In this document: positions 28,700 to 42,411 of the stretch, in pieces
Layout of the letters: every line of letters starts with the position of its first letter
How positions within the stretch are numbered: the stretch's first letter is position 1
Assembly: GCF_030144855.1 (NCBI RefSeq)
Contig: NC_082712.1
Location: forward strand, 29,636,001-29,700,000
DNA from: Hypanus sabinus
Lineage: Eukaryota
Direction: 5' to 3'
DNA length: 64,000 nt
Made by a program: the position numbers and the translations under genes
Notes under the pieces: model-generated
The model's input: only the letters and a program-made list of their open reading frames with translations
Database searches by the model: none
Told to the model about the DNA's origin: nothing

Positions 28700-29105
28700 T
28701 AATCATAATCTTAGATCCACAAATAACGGTTTGCTTAGCATTCCTAGAGCCAAGCATACAAGAACTGGTCATGCGGCCTTTTTGCTTTTACGCAGCAAAG
28801 AACTGGAATACTCCACTGACGGAGATATGCCAGGTTAGTATTGTGGAACGTTTTGAAACTCTTCTAAAAGCCTATTTTTTTAAAAATTTGACCTACTTAC
28901 AGGATTACTTAATACATGCTAATATTGATAATATTTATATCATCTGTTACATTATATTATATTTTATTCCATATAATGCTTGCCCTTACTTATGATTTTA
29001 AATTTTCCTCTTATTTTTATGACTATATTGGTTTATTTTTATAATCAACATAATGCACGTTGAGCCTGAATCTTAACGCATGAAAGGTGACATATGAATA
29101 ATTAT
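28700..29105 (+). mobile_element. L2 LINE 3' end
   Basis: Reads GLLSIPRAKHTRTGHAAFCFYAAKNWN...FETLLKAYFF, typical of an L2 ORF2 C-terminus, followed by an AT-rich 3' UTR. Confidence 0.65.
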
Positions 29106-30087
29106 CAAATTAATTATGGATTTCACAGCTAAAAATCTTTATAATTCTCCTTCTCAATATCTAAAATCTGCTTTACTCCTGTTTTGTTTCCATTTCTCCC
29201 CACCTAACTTCAATAAAATTTTGCACTTTTATAGTACCTTTTTAATGTATATACAGTTTTATCCCAGGTGATTTGACGGGAGAGTTAAAAAAAAAACAAA
29301 ATCCGGTTGCTAACCTCAATGTGATTGACGGCTTACACTATCAAAGGATTGATTAAAGTCTAAAGTAAAACCTTAAAGAATCAGGAAGATTTAAGGGGGG
29401 AATTCTGGAAGTTAGGAGTTAAGCTGTTGAAGGCAATGGCTGCCAAGAATGCAAAGAATGAAATCACAGATACTTAACTGGCTAGAATTTTGGCAGTGCA
29501 GATATCTGAGTGTAATCAGTACTGAGATCAGTGAAGCAGTGAGTAAGAGTAATCAAGTCTCAGAGATAAATCATTGATGCTTCAAGTTAAGTAAGATGAA
29601 AGTGGGCAAGGATATGCAATTTAAAACTCATCTCTCAGTCAAATAAGATTCCTAAGTTGCAAACAACCTGGTCTAGCATCAGGTAATTTTTCTAAAGATA
29701 GTAGGTGGTGGAGTCAAAAGGTTAAGAATGAAGTTTGCAGTGGAGGCAAAGATCACATTTCCAGTCTTCCCACTATTTAGTTGGATACAAAGCAATGCTT
29801 CAGTAAGTGATACACATTGATGCAATTACCTGATGTATGAACTTAGATTCATGTTGTGAAATTAAGGCTACATTGAAACAACATTTGTGGAATAATATTT
29901 AAATATAAGCCAGATGGAGAGATGACAAAGTTGAAGAAAGCTATTGAAGGAAGACATGCCAGTATAGTTTACCAGAAAGAATAAGACTTGAGATAAGGAG
30001 AAAGAGTCGGTCAGATTTATTTCCCTCTATAATTGAACATCAAGTTTGAAAGGGAGATCAAAACTGTATTTAGTTTCCCAATAATAG

Positions 30088-30210
30088 TGTCCTGATGAGG
30101 GGCCTTGGCCTGAAACATCAGCTGCTTATTCTCCTCCATAGATACAGCCTGATCTGCTGAGTTCCTCCAGCATTTTGTGCATTGCTCTAGATTTCCAGCA
30201 TCTGCAGAAT
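30088..30210 (+). mobile_element. Penelope-derived repeat with hammerhead-like core
   Basis: CTGATGA (30092-30098), stem gggcc-tt-ggcct, GAAAC-ATC, then ctgctgagttcctccagc...ccagcatctgcag. Confidence 0.7.
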
Positions 30211-30790
30211 GTATTTAGTTTCATCCAGGCACCAGAGTTTTAAAATGTCTTATCTAGACTCAAGTTATACATAACTTTGGCTATGATATGGTCACTAAAA
30301 TCTGCCAAATCTAGCTTTATACATTTCTTCATTATCACTATTTGCTGAAGAATTACAATCCATGTACTAAACGGCACCTGCTAATACCTATGCTGTAAAC
30401 ATACTAATGAACACCTACAGTATATATCAGTTGTTAACATTTGACTCTGCTGCCAAATTACATAGTTTTACACTTTGGGTAAAATTCTTTTTTCTAAATC
30501 CATTCACAAAATTTATATCTACCAAGTGCCTCCAATAATGAACCTTGTTCTACTTCAATTTTAAGTGGCTGCCAGAAACCCACCTGTCCATGATTTAGTT
30601 CATTATGGTCTGCCAAACATCTAAGTGACAATCTATTTTAATACTTTTCCATCCATGTCATGGGTAGGACTATTTATTGACAAATAATATGCTGAAACCT
30701 ATGTAGATGTTACAGTAATCACATTTATGTGATGCAAGCAAGATTTCTTGCTTATAATAAAGGAGTCTACATTAATAAAATATTTAAATC

Positions 30791-30796
30791 TTTATT
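30791..30796 (-). terminator. Candidate polyadenylation signal of RWDD4
   Basis: AATAAA on the minus strand about 510 nt after the stop codon, followed by U-rich sequence. Confidence 0.45.
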
Positions 30797-31302
30797 AAAA
30801 CCCTGAATATTTCCAAAAACCTGAATGTTTCTGGGTTATTTCCCTTATGGAATTTATGGATATCAAAGATGGGATGGACAATCCATAACATGATGCTGTC
30901 TTCATTAAAACAGGGAAACAGCATGATTGCAGATAGCTCAATATTGTTACCATGTGTTTAAAAAAATGCTGAGTCAGGGCATAATAATTAAAAACCACTT
31001 TTACCAAGATATTATTCAATAGAAATATTTGTCCTAGAATTATCTGTTACTGTGTGGTCAAGTCAGCAGCTTTTTTAAAAAATAATCTTTGTAAATAGAT
31101 TGATTGAGATGACAAGTTTAGTGCATAATAGCATCTTTGCAATATGCAGCTAGTTTGCAAGAGTTAAAAGAACGACAATTTTATACCAAAGGTGCTGTTA
31201 TTTTACCAAACAGACGTTCCACAGAAACACAGGAAATGAATGTGCTCCAGCAAATGAAATCTGACACTAAGATCACGCCAATCCACAATCCACAAACTTG
31301 GG

Positions 31303-31335
31303 TTACTCATCATCCTTGCAGCCAGTTTTGCTCAA
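31303..31335 (-). CDS. RWDD4: RWD domain-containing protein 4, last coding exon (LSKTGCKDDE*)
   Basis: Acceptor ...ggtttgcag; matches the known RWDD4 C-terminus LSKTGSKDDE; stop TAA. Confidence 0.95.
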   Translation of the reverse strand: MSKTGCKDDE

Positions 31336-32466
31336 CTGCAAACCAATGAAATGAGAAAAGATTAAAGGAAACTCAAGTACAAATCAGAAAGGTTTGAGAA
31401 CAATTCTAAATTTAATGCACTGTTCTGTGTAACTATGCAAACCTCCAGATTTGATAATTGTATTTTTTTCAGAATTTTTGCAGAAAGAAACTGCCCCAAC
31501 CCTGAAAATTTTCAATACTTTTGCAGAGCACTTTTTCGCATTTCCCCAAGTTAAATGACTGTATCAGTCTTAACAAGGAAGTACAGCAATAAGAGATGAA
31601 AATTGGGATAAAGGCCACACAAGAGGCTAACAGAAGGGGAAAATGGAAAGTGCAGAGTGAACAATCAGAGCTAAACACATGGTGTGCTGGGGGTACTCAT
31701 CAGGTCAGGCAGCATCTATGGGTGTAATAAACAGTCAACATTTTGGGTCCAGACTCTTCAGGACTGGAAAGAAAGGGAAAAGAAGTCAGAATACGAAAGT
31801 GGGGGAGGGGACAAAGTAGTACAAGGTGGCAGGAGATGCATGAAACTGGGAAAGGGGGAGGGATGAACAAAAGAGCTGGGAAGTTGATCGGTAGAAGAGA
31901 TAAAAGGCTGGAGAAGACGGAATCTGATAGGAGAGGACAGAAGACCTTGAAAGAAAGGAAATGGGGAGGAGCACCAGAGGGAGGTAACGGTAGGTTACTT
32001 CACCCCACTCTGGTTTCACCCATCACCTGCCACCTTGAACTTCTTCCTCCCTCCCCCGCAACCACCTTCTTACTCTTACCCTTATCTAGATGTTGTGGGC
32101 CTGGAAGCTACTGTCAGATCAGCCTTGATAAGGAATTTTTTTAAAAAAAAGTTGGTACACTTACAACCACAGTATAAAAAGAGGCAGGCAGAATGGATGT
32201 TTGTGGTGCTAATTAAGTAGACTGCCTAGTCATACATGAAGTTAGGCTTTGTATATTTGGAGAAGCATTTATCAACTGACTTCTGATTTATTATTGGTAA
32301 AGTGTAGAGCGGCTTTTAGGTGTTAGGAAGCAATACTTTAGGATACCAATCCCTTGAACTGCTTTTATAACTGCAATATTTATGAGGTTAGCCCAGTTGA
32401 GCCTAACAGCCTGCACAGGATAAATTACTTCTGGTGCATCATATTTTAAAACAAATAAAGACTTAC

Positions 32467-32469
32467 ATG
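32467..32469 (-). CDS. RWDD4: RWDD4 3-nt microexon (CAT, His)
   Basis: Minus strand cacatag|CAT|gtaagt. It supplies the His of the ...DV(V/I)KHLSKTG motif, which neither flanking exon encodes. Confidence 0.85.
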
Positions 32470-32726
32470 CTATGTGCCCAGGAACAAAGTCATCCATCAG
32501 ACATCACAGATATTTGAAAGAAAACAGAAAAATATATCAGTAATTGAAATGCTTATAATTGATAAACAATTCTAAAGTTTGGCAGTTGCAATAAATTTCA
32601 TTTATTTTTGATCATATCTAACAATTTTTTGTGCAATGAAATGTGTTGATTGCTTCCTGCTCATCCTATAATCAGATGTGTAGTCACTATAATGTTGAAA
32701 CTCTTAACAAAAAGTCAATGCTATAC

Positions 32727-32776
32727 CTTAATGACATCCACCCAATTCCATCCTCGTGGCAGTTCCCCTCGGTTAT
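32727..32776 (-). CDS. RWDD4: RWDD4 coding exon 6 ((D)NRGELPRGWNWVDVIK)
   Basis: 50 nt, AG/GT boundaries, phase consistent with its neighbours; conserved RGWNWVDV motif. Confidence 0.96.
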
Positions 32777-34047
32777 CTGATGGAAAGATCATAGACAGTA
32801 CTTAAAATTACTCTCGTGGCAAGATTCAAGCCGCTGCATTTCTTTCATTAACATTCCTTCCACTCTGGAAACTTTCATAACTCTGCCCATTCAGTCAGCT
32901 CTACCATCCCCATATGTGGCTAATACTTAAAGTGAATTTAGTGAGCTACACAACTTTGAGAACATTAAATCTAACTTCAATTCAAACAATTCTACAGTAG
33001 CCTCCATCTACCTTGTCAATTGGGATCTGCAATGAGCTTGGCCCATACTGCCTTTGTGAACCAAAGATTTAACTGTGGACCTTTAATAATGACAAAGAAA
33101 ATTAAAATAGATGGATTATAATAAGGAAAATTAAAACCAATCAGTTAAAAGGGACAATACTTTTATAGTGACAGAATTGGATAGGGAGAGAAAAATAAAG
33201 TTGCACCTCTTGACTTTCCTTGGGCTTCAGGAAGGAAAACAGTGTGATTTATCAAAATGCAGATCTGTGATAATGTTCTGATAAATGCATTACCACATTT
33301 GGGATACAAGGGAAAACTGCAAAATGTGCAAATATGGCAAAGAAATGTCAAGGCACTATACGCAATCTGATAGAACAGGTGATTTCATGGCAGCTAAAAT
33401 GCAGTGTGGAAATGTGGCAGGTGTTCCTCAAGCAGAGTAATATGTATAGTTCCAAGCACAGTACTTGGGTAAAATTGCAGAATAAAGTTCCAAATACAAA
33501 GGATTCTAGATCCGTAGCTATACAGAGAAAATGAGGTTATTCCCCTAAGGATTCATTTCCCAAGTTTGGATAAAGCTCTTTAAAATTGAGAAGGGCTTTG
33601 AAGGGGTAAATAAATGTTTCCAATGGTTGAATGATCACTGTCCAGACGAGTTAAGCTGGTATGAGATCAGAAAATAACATGTGAACAAATTCAATATAGA
33701 ATGGAACAGGCTAATGTTAATTCAGAGCTCTTTTTAGTAACAGATTCACACAGGCAGAAGACTCAAAGAAAATGTATACTTGAAGTTCCTATTAGCAGAT
33801 ATAGAATGAAGGGAAACAACTTCAGTAATGCAGCTGGCACCACAGAACCTAAGTAGATGTGTGGTAGAGAAAAATTTGTATTTGATTGGTGGAGCTGTTT
33901 TACAATCACTTTGCAGTAAAATAAAACTAGAATGTTATTTAAAACATCATCTTCCTAACTCCCAATTGCATTGCAGAAGAATTGAGTGATATATCACAAC
34001 TGCAAGCACACAATATTTAGTAAACATATCATTGCAGAATTCCAAAC

Positions 34048-34159
34048 CTGTTTTATCAGCCAACTTTTTCTTTTGGGACTTTGACAATTGATCTTTTTTC
34101 TCTTTTTTCTTAGCCACAGGAATACTTGTAGTTACAGAATTTTCATCCGTTGACGTGGT
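34048..34159 (-). CDS. RWDD4: RWDD4 coding exon 5 (TTSTDENSV...KKKEKKDQLSKSQKKKLADKT)
   Basis: 112 nt, AG/GT boundaries; basic segment matches RWDD4. Confidence 0.95.
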
Positions 34160-34259
34160 CTACAGAGAAATTAAATTTTATATTAATACCAAATCATTAA
34201 ACTAATCCTTTTCATCCTCTCCATAACAAATGACTACTAAAATCAAGGTGCTATCTCCT

Positions 34260-35625
34260 GTCCAGAGCAACACACAAAATGTTGGAGGAAGAGAGCATAG
34301 GGAGCACCTATGGAGAGAAATAGACAGTTGAGCTCTTTCATTGGGACTGGAAAGAGGGGAGATAGGCAGTATAAAAAGGTGGGCAAATGTATGGGGGTGG
34401 GGAGGGTGGATCCAGCAAGAAGGGAATGATAGGCAAATGAAGAAGGGGGAGAATGGGAATGACGGAAGCAGGATTGAAGATGGAACCTGATGAAAGGACA
34501 GTGAACCATGGAATAGGGAAGAGGTGAAAAATAAATCAGAAAGGAGGACCGTGTGGTGAAGGGTAGATTGAGAGGGATACAGGAGGGAAAGAAGGGATGG
34601 GGCCAGTGGGAAAAGGGTCAAAAATGGATAAAGGTTTGGATTAAGGGTTAAAAGTGGACAGAAGTAAGTAGTTACTATAAATAAGAAAAACTTGTTTCAT
34701 GTTGTCAGATTGGAGATTACCATGGCAGAATATGAGCTCCTGTTCCTTTAATCTGCATCTAACCTCAATTTGGCAGATGCAGCTATGGACAGACATGTTG
34801 CTAAGATTGGAAAATGGAGTTAAAATGGTTGGCCACTGGGAGATCCTAGCTGACATGGCAGACAGAGCAAAGCTGCTCAATGAAACTACACCTCAATCCA
34901 CATCAAGTCTTAACCATGTTACATCAGATACAACAAATTACATCGATGGACTCATATGTGAAGTGCTGCCTCACTGGGAACGGCTTTTGGGGGCCTTAAC
35001 TGGCAGTGAAGGACAAACTGTAATAGGGAAAGGTGTAACTCATAACACCATTGCAGGGATAAGTGCCTGGAGGGGAATCAGTGGGGAGTGATTAATAGAC
35101 AAGGGGGACAAAGAGATTGACCTGTGGAAAGAGAGGGGAGGGGAGGGGAATATGTGTCTCATGGAGGGAATGCCTTTGGAGATGGTGGATGAGATTATGG
35201 ATGTGCAAGTTTGTGGAGTGGTAGGCTGCTCTGGATATTTTCATCTCTAACAGTTGATGGGACATTAACAACCTTGACTTCACTACTCCCCTCACATATT
35301 CCAGCCTCAGCCCCTCTGAACACACTGTAATCCTCAACTCCTTGTCATTATCCCATGGTCCAGTTTACCACTTCCATCTGTTAACTCACAGATTCATACA
35401 TCATTCCTACTCTCCCCCCCCCCCCACTTGCCTGTCATTCCATTTTCATCTTGAATTACCTAACACTTGCCAGCTCTTGCTTCACCTTTCCCCCTCCCCA
35501 TTCTCCAACCACACACACACACTCACTTCTTGACCCAATATGTTAATTGTGTATTTCCCTTCATTGACGCTGGCTGACCTGCTAAGTTCTGCCAGCATTT
35601 GGTGTGTTGTGACATCTGCAGTCTC
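34260..35625 (-). mobile_element. Penelope-like retroelement remnant with inverted terminal repeats
   Basis: GIY-YIG endonuclease C-terminal remnant (RCRLKEQELIFCHGNLQSDNM, 34641-34880) between inverted copies of the caacacacaaaatg(c/t)tgg block. Confidence 0.7.
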
Positions 35626-35914
35626 TCTTCTATCTCACATACAGAAATGTGTGACTGAACATCAAGCATTTGCTTGATTCTACACATTTTTCCAAAAATA
35701 AACTGGTGAGGGGTCTGTTTCTGCTTAATACATGCATAATGCATTTATTACACAACCAATAGCCTTAATAAATTTAATCTTTTGGTGTGTATCAACTGGC
35801 TGTTGTCTTCTACGTTCAACAATTGTGTTTAATTGTAATATACAAGGAACTCTGATGGCTGTGAAATCCACTTTAAAAAAGCAAGTTTGTTTTCCTGCAT
35901 TTAAACAACTTAAA

Positions 35915-36090
35915 TGTTACACACACAACATGCTGGAGGAACTCAGCAGGTTGGGCAGCACCCACGGTAATGAACAGTCAATGTTTCGGGCCAAGACCCT
36001 TCGTCAGGACTGAAGAAGGAGGGGGCAGGGTCCCTATAAGGAAGGTGTGAGGAGGGTGGGAAGAAGGCTGGTAGGTGCCAGGTACGTGAG
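35915..36090 (-). mobile_element. Penelope-derived repeat with the best-preserved hammerhead motif (35975-36012)
   Basis: Minus strand CAGTC-CTGACGA-A-GGGTC-TT-GGCCC-GAAAC-ATT-GACTG. Confidence 0.75.
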
Positions 36091-36576
36091 GAAGAAGCGG
36101 TTGGAGGCGTGTCTGGTGGACAATGAAGTGTAGGAGAGGTCCATGGCAGACGGTGGAGAGTGAGGCCCAGAGTGGTGGCAGAGAGAGTGAGTGCGCCAGG
36201 AACACACAGGAGTGAGAGACTGGCATCACAACAGCAAGACCAAGGAACCGACTGTGGACTTCAAGGAAGGGAGGTCAGGAGACCACAGGAGTCTCATCAG
36301 TGACAGGTGAGCCACGGAAAGGGACAGCAGCTGCAAGTTCTTGGGCATAAACATCTCAGAGAATCTATTCTGGGTCCAACAGATTGATGAAGATAGCATC
36401 CTAACAGCTCTATACAGGACTTTGAGGAGATTTGTTATATCACCAAAGACATCTGCAAATGTCATAGGTGTATGGTGGACAGCATTCTGACAACCTGCAA
36501 CGCAACACCACTAACATCATTCCCATAATCTTGATTGATAAGTTACAGAACCTGGGACTCTGTATCTTCCTCTGCA

Positions 36577-37322
36577 CACTTTGGAAGGACAAACTCCAAG
36601 GCAGAGTACAAAGTAAATGGCAGGATACTTGGTAGGGTGGAGGAGCAAAGGAATCTGGGGGTACATGTCCACAGATCACTGAAAGTTGCCTCACAGGTAG
36701 ACAGGGTAGTTAAGAAAGCTTATGGGGTGTCAGCTTTCATAAGTCGAGGGATAGAGTTTAAGAGTCGCGAGGTAATGATGCAGCTCTATAAAATTCTGGT
36801 TAGGCCACACTTGGAGTACTGTGTCTAGTTCTGGTCACCTCACTATAGGAAGGATGTGGAAGCATTGAAAAGGGTACAAAGGAGATTTACCAGGATGCTG
36901 CCTGGTTTAGAGAGTACGCATTATGATCAGAGATTATGGGAGCTAGGACTCTTTGAAGAGAAGGAGGATGAGGAGACATGATAGAGGTATACCAGATATT
37001 AAGAGGAATAAATAGAATGGACAGCTAGCGTCTCTTCCCCAGGGCACCACTGCTCAATACAAGAGGACATGGCTTTAAGGTAAGGGGTGGGAAGTTCAGG
37101 GGGGATATTAGAGGAAGGTTTTTTCACTCAAGAGAGTGGTTGGTGTGTGGAAAGCACTGCCCGAGTCTGTGGTGGAGGCAGATACACTAGTTAAGAGACT
37201 ACTAGACAGGTATATGGAAGAATTTAAGGTAGGGGGATATATGGGAGGCAGGGTTTAAGCGTTGGCACTACATTGTGGGCTAAAGGGCTTGTACAGTTCT
37301 GTACTATTCTACGTTCTATGTT
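36577..37322 (+). mobile_element. CR1 LINE 3' fragment
   Basis: HFGRTNSK..LGVHVHRSLKVASQV..LVRPHLEYCV; (ttcta(c/t)g)n tail. Confidence 0.9.
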
Positions 37323-38312
37323 CATGCAACTGGATCCTCAACTTCCTAACCAGAAGACCACAATCTGTGAGGATTGGTGATAATATCTCTTCCTCGCCTA
37401 CCATCAACACTGGTGCACCTCAGGGGTGTGTGCTTAACCCACTGCTTTACTCTCTCTATACCCACGACTGTATGGCTAGGCATAGCTCAAATACTATCTA
37501 TAAATTTGCTGAAGGTACGACCATTGTTGGTAGAATCTTAGATGGAGACGAGAGGGTGTACAGGAGCAAAATATGCCAAGTAGTGGAGTGGCATCGCAGC
37601 AACAACCTTGTACTCAACGTCAGTAAGATAAAAGAGCTGATTGTGTCTTCAGTAAGGATAAGACGAAAGAACACATACCAATCCTCACAGAAGGATCAGA
37701 AGTGGAGAGAGTGAGCAATTTCAGGTTCCTGGATGTCAAGATCTCTGAGGACCTAACCTGGTCCCAACATTTCAATAAAGGCGGCAAGACAGTGAATATG
37801 CTTCATTAGGAGTTTGAAGATATTTGCTATGTCAACAAAAACACTCAGAACTTCTATAGATGTACCATGGAGAGCATTTTAACAGGCTGCATCACTGTCT
37901 GGTATGGGCCTACAAAGTACCCAGGACATCTTCAAGGAGCGGTGTCTCAGAAAGGCACCATTATTAAGGATCCCCAGCACCCAGGGCATGCCCTTTTCTC
38001 ACTGTTACCACCAGGTAGGAGATATAGAAGCCTGAAAGTGCACACTCAGTGATTCAGGAACAGCTTCTTCACTCTGCCATCTGATTCCTAAATGGATGTT
38101 GAATCCGTGAACATTACCTCACTTTTTTAATTACATATTATTTTTGTTTTTGCATGATTTTAATCTATTCAATATATATACACTGTAATTGATTTACTCA
38201 TTTATTAATTTATTTTTTTCCTCTTCTTCTATATCATGTATTGCAATGAACTGCTGCTGCTAAGTTATCAAATTCAACAACACACGCCGGTGCTAATAAA
38301 CCTGATTCTGAT
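37323..38312 (+). mobile_element. Rex1/Babar-like LINE RT and 3' end
   Basis: [37 protein letters not shown]; ends aataaacctgattctgattctg. Confidence 0.9.
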
Positions 38313-38724
38313 TCTGCACTCTGGCATGGAAGTTTCAATGCACAGGATCACAAAAGAAGCTGCAAAGGGTTGTAGACTTAACCAGCTCCAACTTGGGCAC
38401 AACACTCCCCATCATTCAGAGCACCTTAAAGAGGCAGTGCCTCAAGGAGACTGCATCCATCACTGAGACCTTCAACAAATTTCACATCACGCAAGTCAGT
38501 GAAAATAAATCTGACTGACTCTGCACACAATTTAAATCCTAACAGCACAGTATTTCACAAACCACCTTACATTTCAGTGTTGTTTGTCCTATGAACAGAA
38601 ATATAAAGTGCATAAATGCAACTATAATATCACAGTCCAAGTCCATGACATAACATTTCAGCAGGACCAGATCACTCAGGAACCATGCCCATTAAAAGAA
38701 ATACCATATATTGCAGGGTTTTTA

Positions 38725-38973
<249 letters not shown>

Positions 38974-39518
38974 TTAATTAACAAAGTAATTCGATAAGTT
39001 CTGCCATATCTTTATAAAAGCTTCCAACCATTGCAAGTGACACCAAAATCATTAAGTTTAACATTCAGAGACAGGGCACAAAGTCTTACTAAACTTGAGT
39101 CAAGTACAGGATAGAAAACAGTTGACGATCATAACTGAACTGGCAAGTGCTCATCTACACCACTGCATACATGGGTGAAATTTTGGGAAATATGTTTTGT
39201 CTACTTTAAAGTTTGTACAAAGATGGATATAAATCACATTGCTGAGCAGTTACATAGTACATCAGTAACAACGCCATAATATCCATCAACAAGTGTGGCC
39301 TTATTGCAACATATGGAGCAGAAAATGAAGATCTCTTATCAAAATAGTAATTGTTATGTCTATACTTTCTAAAAAAATAAATAATTCTTAAATTGAGCAC
39401 AATTCAGTTCAAAAATTACCACCAGTTTTTAATTCGCTAAGGACATTTCAGATCCTTTAGAAACTGAAGTGAGATCAAGTTATTCCGAATTCTGTACTGT
39501 ACCAGTTTTGAACTCTTA

Positions 39519-39629
<111 letters not shown>

Positions 39630-40749
39630 CTAAAATGCAACAAAACAAAATAGAAATAAAAGTTAGATTTGATACTGGTAGTTAAGTGAAAATATGATGA
39701 AACAGTATTTTTTTGTCAACAATTATTGATACATGGGATATTCTCAAGGACTTTTAACATCCAGCTCCAGTTATTTATTGCATAATGGTCACCATTTGTT
39801 ACACTACCCCACAACTTTTCCTGTCAAGAAAAACAATTAAAGATAAAGTTGGAAGATAGGAGAGAGAAGTACTGGAATTTCAATTTTGTCACCAGGCAAT
39901 TATCCAGTGCAGGAAATCACATTCATGCTGTAGAACCTATTTTTTCCACAAGTAGTAAAAATAAAATAATTATCTCCACAATGGGCAAGTTATGTTTTTG
40001 TGACAATGCTCAAACCTCAGCAATTGGAAACAATTACAGTCAATTATCATGAGAATACTTTTATACAAATTCGTGGTTTTGAAATAAAAAAGCATTTCTA
40101 AAGAAAACACTTGAAACACCCAGGAGATCAGGCAGCACCAGTGGAAAGAGAAACACAATACTGAAGATTCCCATAAAGGGTCTTGGCCCAAAACAGCGAC
40201 TGTTTATTCCCGTCCATGGGTGCTGCCTGACCTTCTGAGTTCCTCCAGCACATTATGTGTGTTATTGAAGATCCAAGACCCCTCTTCAGAACCGAGAAAG
40301 AACGTTATCTTTCAGTAGCAGAGAAAATGAGAAGGGCTGGCAGGACATAATAAATAAACACTTAGTACAAGACCAAATGTATTAATCTGGCTGTTAAAAT
40401 CAGATTATGCTTCTTTGTTATACTTTGCTTTAGTTATACTTCAAAATTATTCTGATGAATTGCTACAGGAAGCTTTTGTTTTTGGTACAAAATAGATGTT
40501 TTGAGAAAAATCTCAAAAATCTTGTGTGCTTAGTTTAATTCTTTTTCCAACTATACCCATACTTCATGATCACTTTTATATATATAATTACACCCATACT
40601 TCACAATCACTCCAATATGATTTTATTTGATTCATGTCACTATTGAATTAATGGATGCTACAAGTCAGCTACGAGAATGAATCTTCCACTAATGTTCCAG
40701 TATACAAGTAGAATCTGAAAATACAACACAATGAAGTAAAGAATAATCA

Positions 40750-40923
<174 letters not shown>

Positions 40924-41779
40924 TCATTACAATATGACACACACCCTCTAACTGTAAAATATTTACATCCATATACAGTAATCATAACCCCAAATTAGAT
41001 TATCTGAATGAAGTTTGATAGCATTTAATGAGCACAAGAAGCAAATTCATAAATCTAATAAACATTGTTTTTCTTTCCTCAGATGTAGCTTCAGTTAAGT
41101 TTTGACAGTATATCCTTCAGATTTTAAGCAAGTTTCTATAATTGTCCATAAACAATGTACCACAATATGTGATTTTACTCTTTCAGAATCATACAGGGAC
41201 AAGCTGAAAATTAAGCAAATCTACAGTAACAATTTTCATATGATCCTCTGACTTTTTGGACATAACGTTCAACAGGTGAATAAGATGGTTATGTTGTCTC
41301 CACTCATTTAGCGAATCATTGGTCTTGCAAAGGTGGAAGTGAGGCACCTTTTCTGAATCATAGGTGTACATGTGAGAAAAGGTTTTTGACCTAGTTACAA
41401 GGCCAACGATCATCACCAATTCTGAGCAAAATTCTTCACTTGTTCAGTTTATGAAATCATATTGTAGTGAAGTCGTGCAAAGAAGCACAAGGGGAAACAA
41501 CAGTACGAGGGGGGGAAATGCAGCATGCGAACTCCAACTTTGTTTTGCCCTACTTTAAGATGCAACACTAATGTATTGAGGATGTTAGAAATCCGGGAAC
41601 AGAGCAGCAAATGGTGGAATCACTCGGTATCTGCAGAGTGGGAAAAGGAATTACACTTCCAAATCGATGAAGGGGTTATTGATTTGTAACGCTAACTCTG
41701 CTCCACTCTCCACAGAGGCTGTCAGGAGCTTTTTCAGGTCTTATTTCCAGCAATGGGATGCATCAGAAAAGTTCCTGTA

Positions 41780-42410
41780 TTCGCATTGCGGGCATTTTGA
41801 CGTTAGCCATTGACTGAGACCATGCGGAGCCCCTGGGACCGCCAAGAGAAGCAGCAGGCAGGCAGGCAGAGTCGCCAATCCCCCGGCACTGGGGAGAGAC
41901 CCCGTCGGCTGACCGGCTCGAGCACGCATTGCGGCTCCGATGCGCGGCGGCTCTCACCGTCTGGTCTTCGTTGGTTGCCATCGCAATTACCGGGCGGTGT
42001 CAGAGCCGAGTCACCTCCATCCACCCACCCCGGTAGGGGGGGGAGGGCTCGGTTCAGCAACGCGTCCACCGGAGGAAACGGGCACTTCTTTCCGCCCGGC
42101 CTGACTGCTCGCCCCCTGTTTACCCTTTGACCCCTTCGCGCCGCACTCCATTGGTCGCGGCGGCGGCATATTCGGCCAATCAATCGCTTACTTTGTACGG
42201 GCGCCTGCGGGCGTCACGTGGTCGGACTCCCATCCTCCCCTGACGTGGCGGAGTGGGGGGGATCCCTTCCCTTGGTTTCGTGACGGGTGCCCAACGTGAT
42301 TATAGTCTCAGGTATTCACTGACAACTCCCCGATCTACGAGCAGGTCTCCTAGTCCGTCGACTCTGTCTGGGCAGACGCATCCTACAGTCCGGCTGCACG
42401 TTCCCGTTCT
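41780..42410 (-). promoter_or_regulatory. CpG island / promoter of RWDD4
   Basis: High GC and CpG; CCAAT boxes at 42150-42154 and 42176-42180; GTCACGTG at 42213-42220; TGACGTGG at 42241-42248. Confidence 0.85.
41958..41981 (-). CDS. RWDD4: RWDD4 coding exon 1 (MATNEDQT)
   Basis: ATG inside a CpG island, donor gtgaga; matches the MSANEDQE start. The eight exons sum to 564 nt = 187 aa plus stop. Confidence 0.95.
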
Positions 42411-42411
42411 A

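Noticed and set aside
41741-42183. Overlapping GC-rich ORFs at the RWDD4 5' end
   Set aside because: Stop-poor CpG-island sequence; only the first 8 codons of ORF 41763-41981 are coding.
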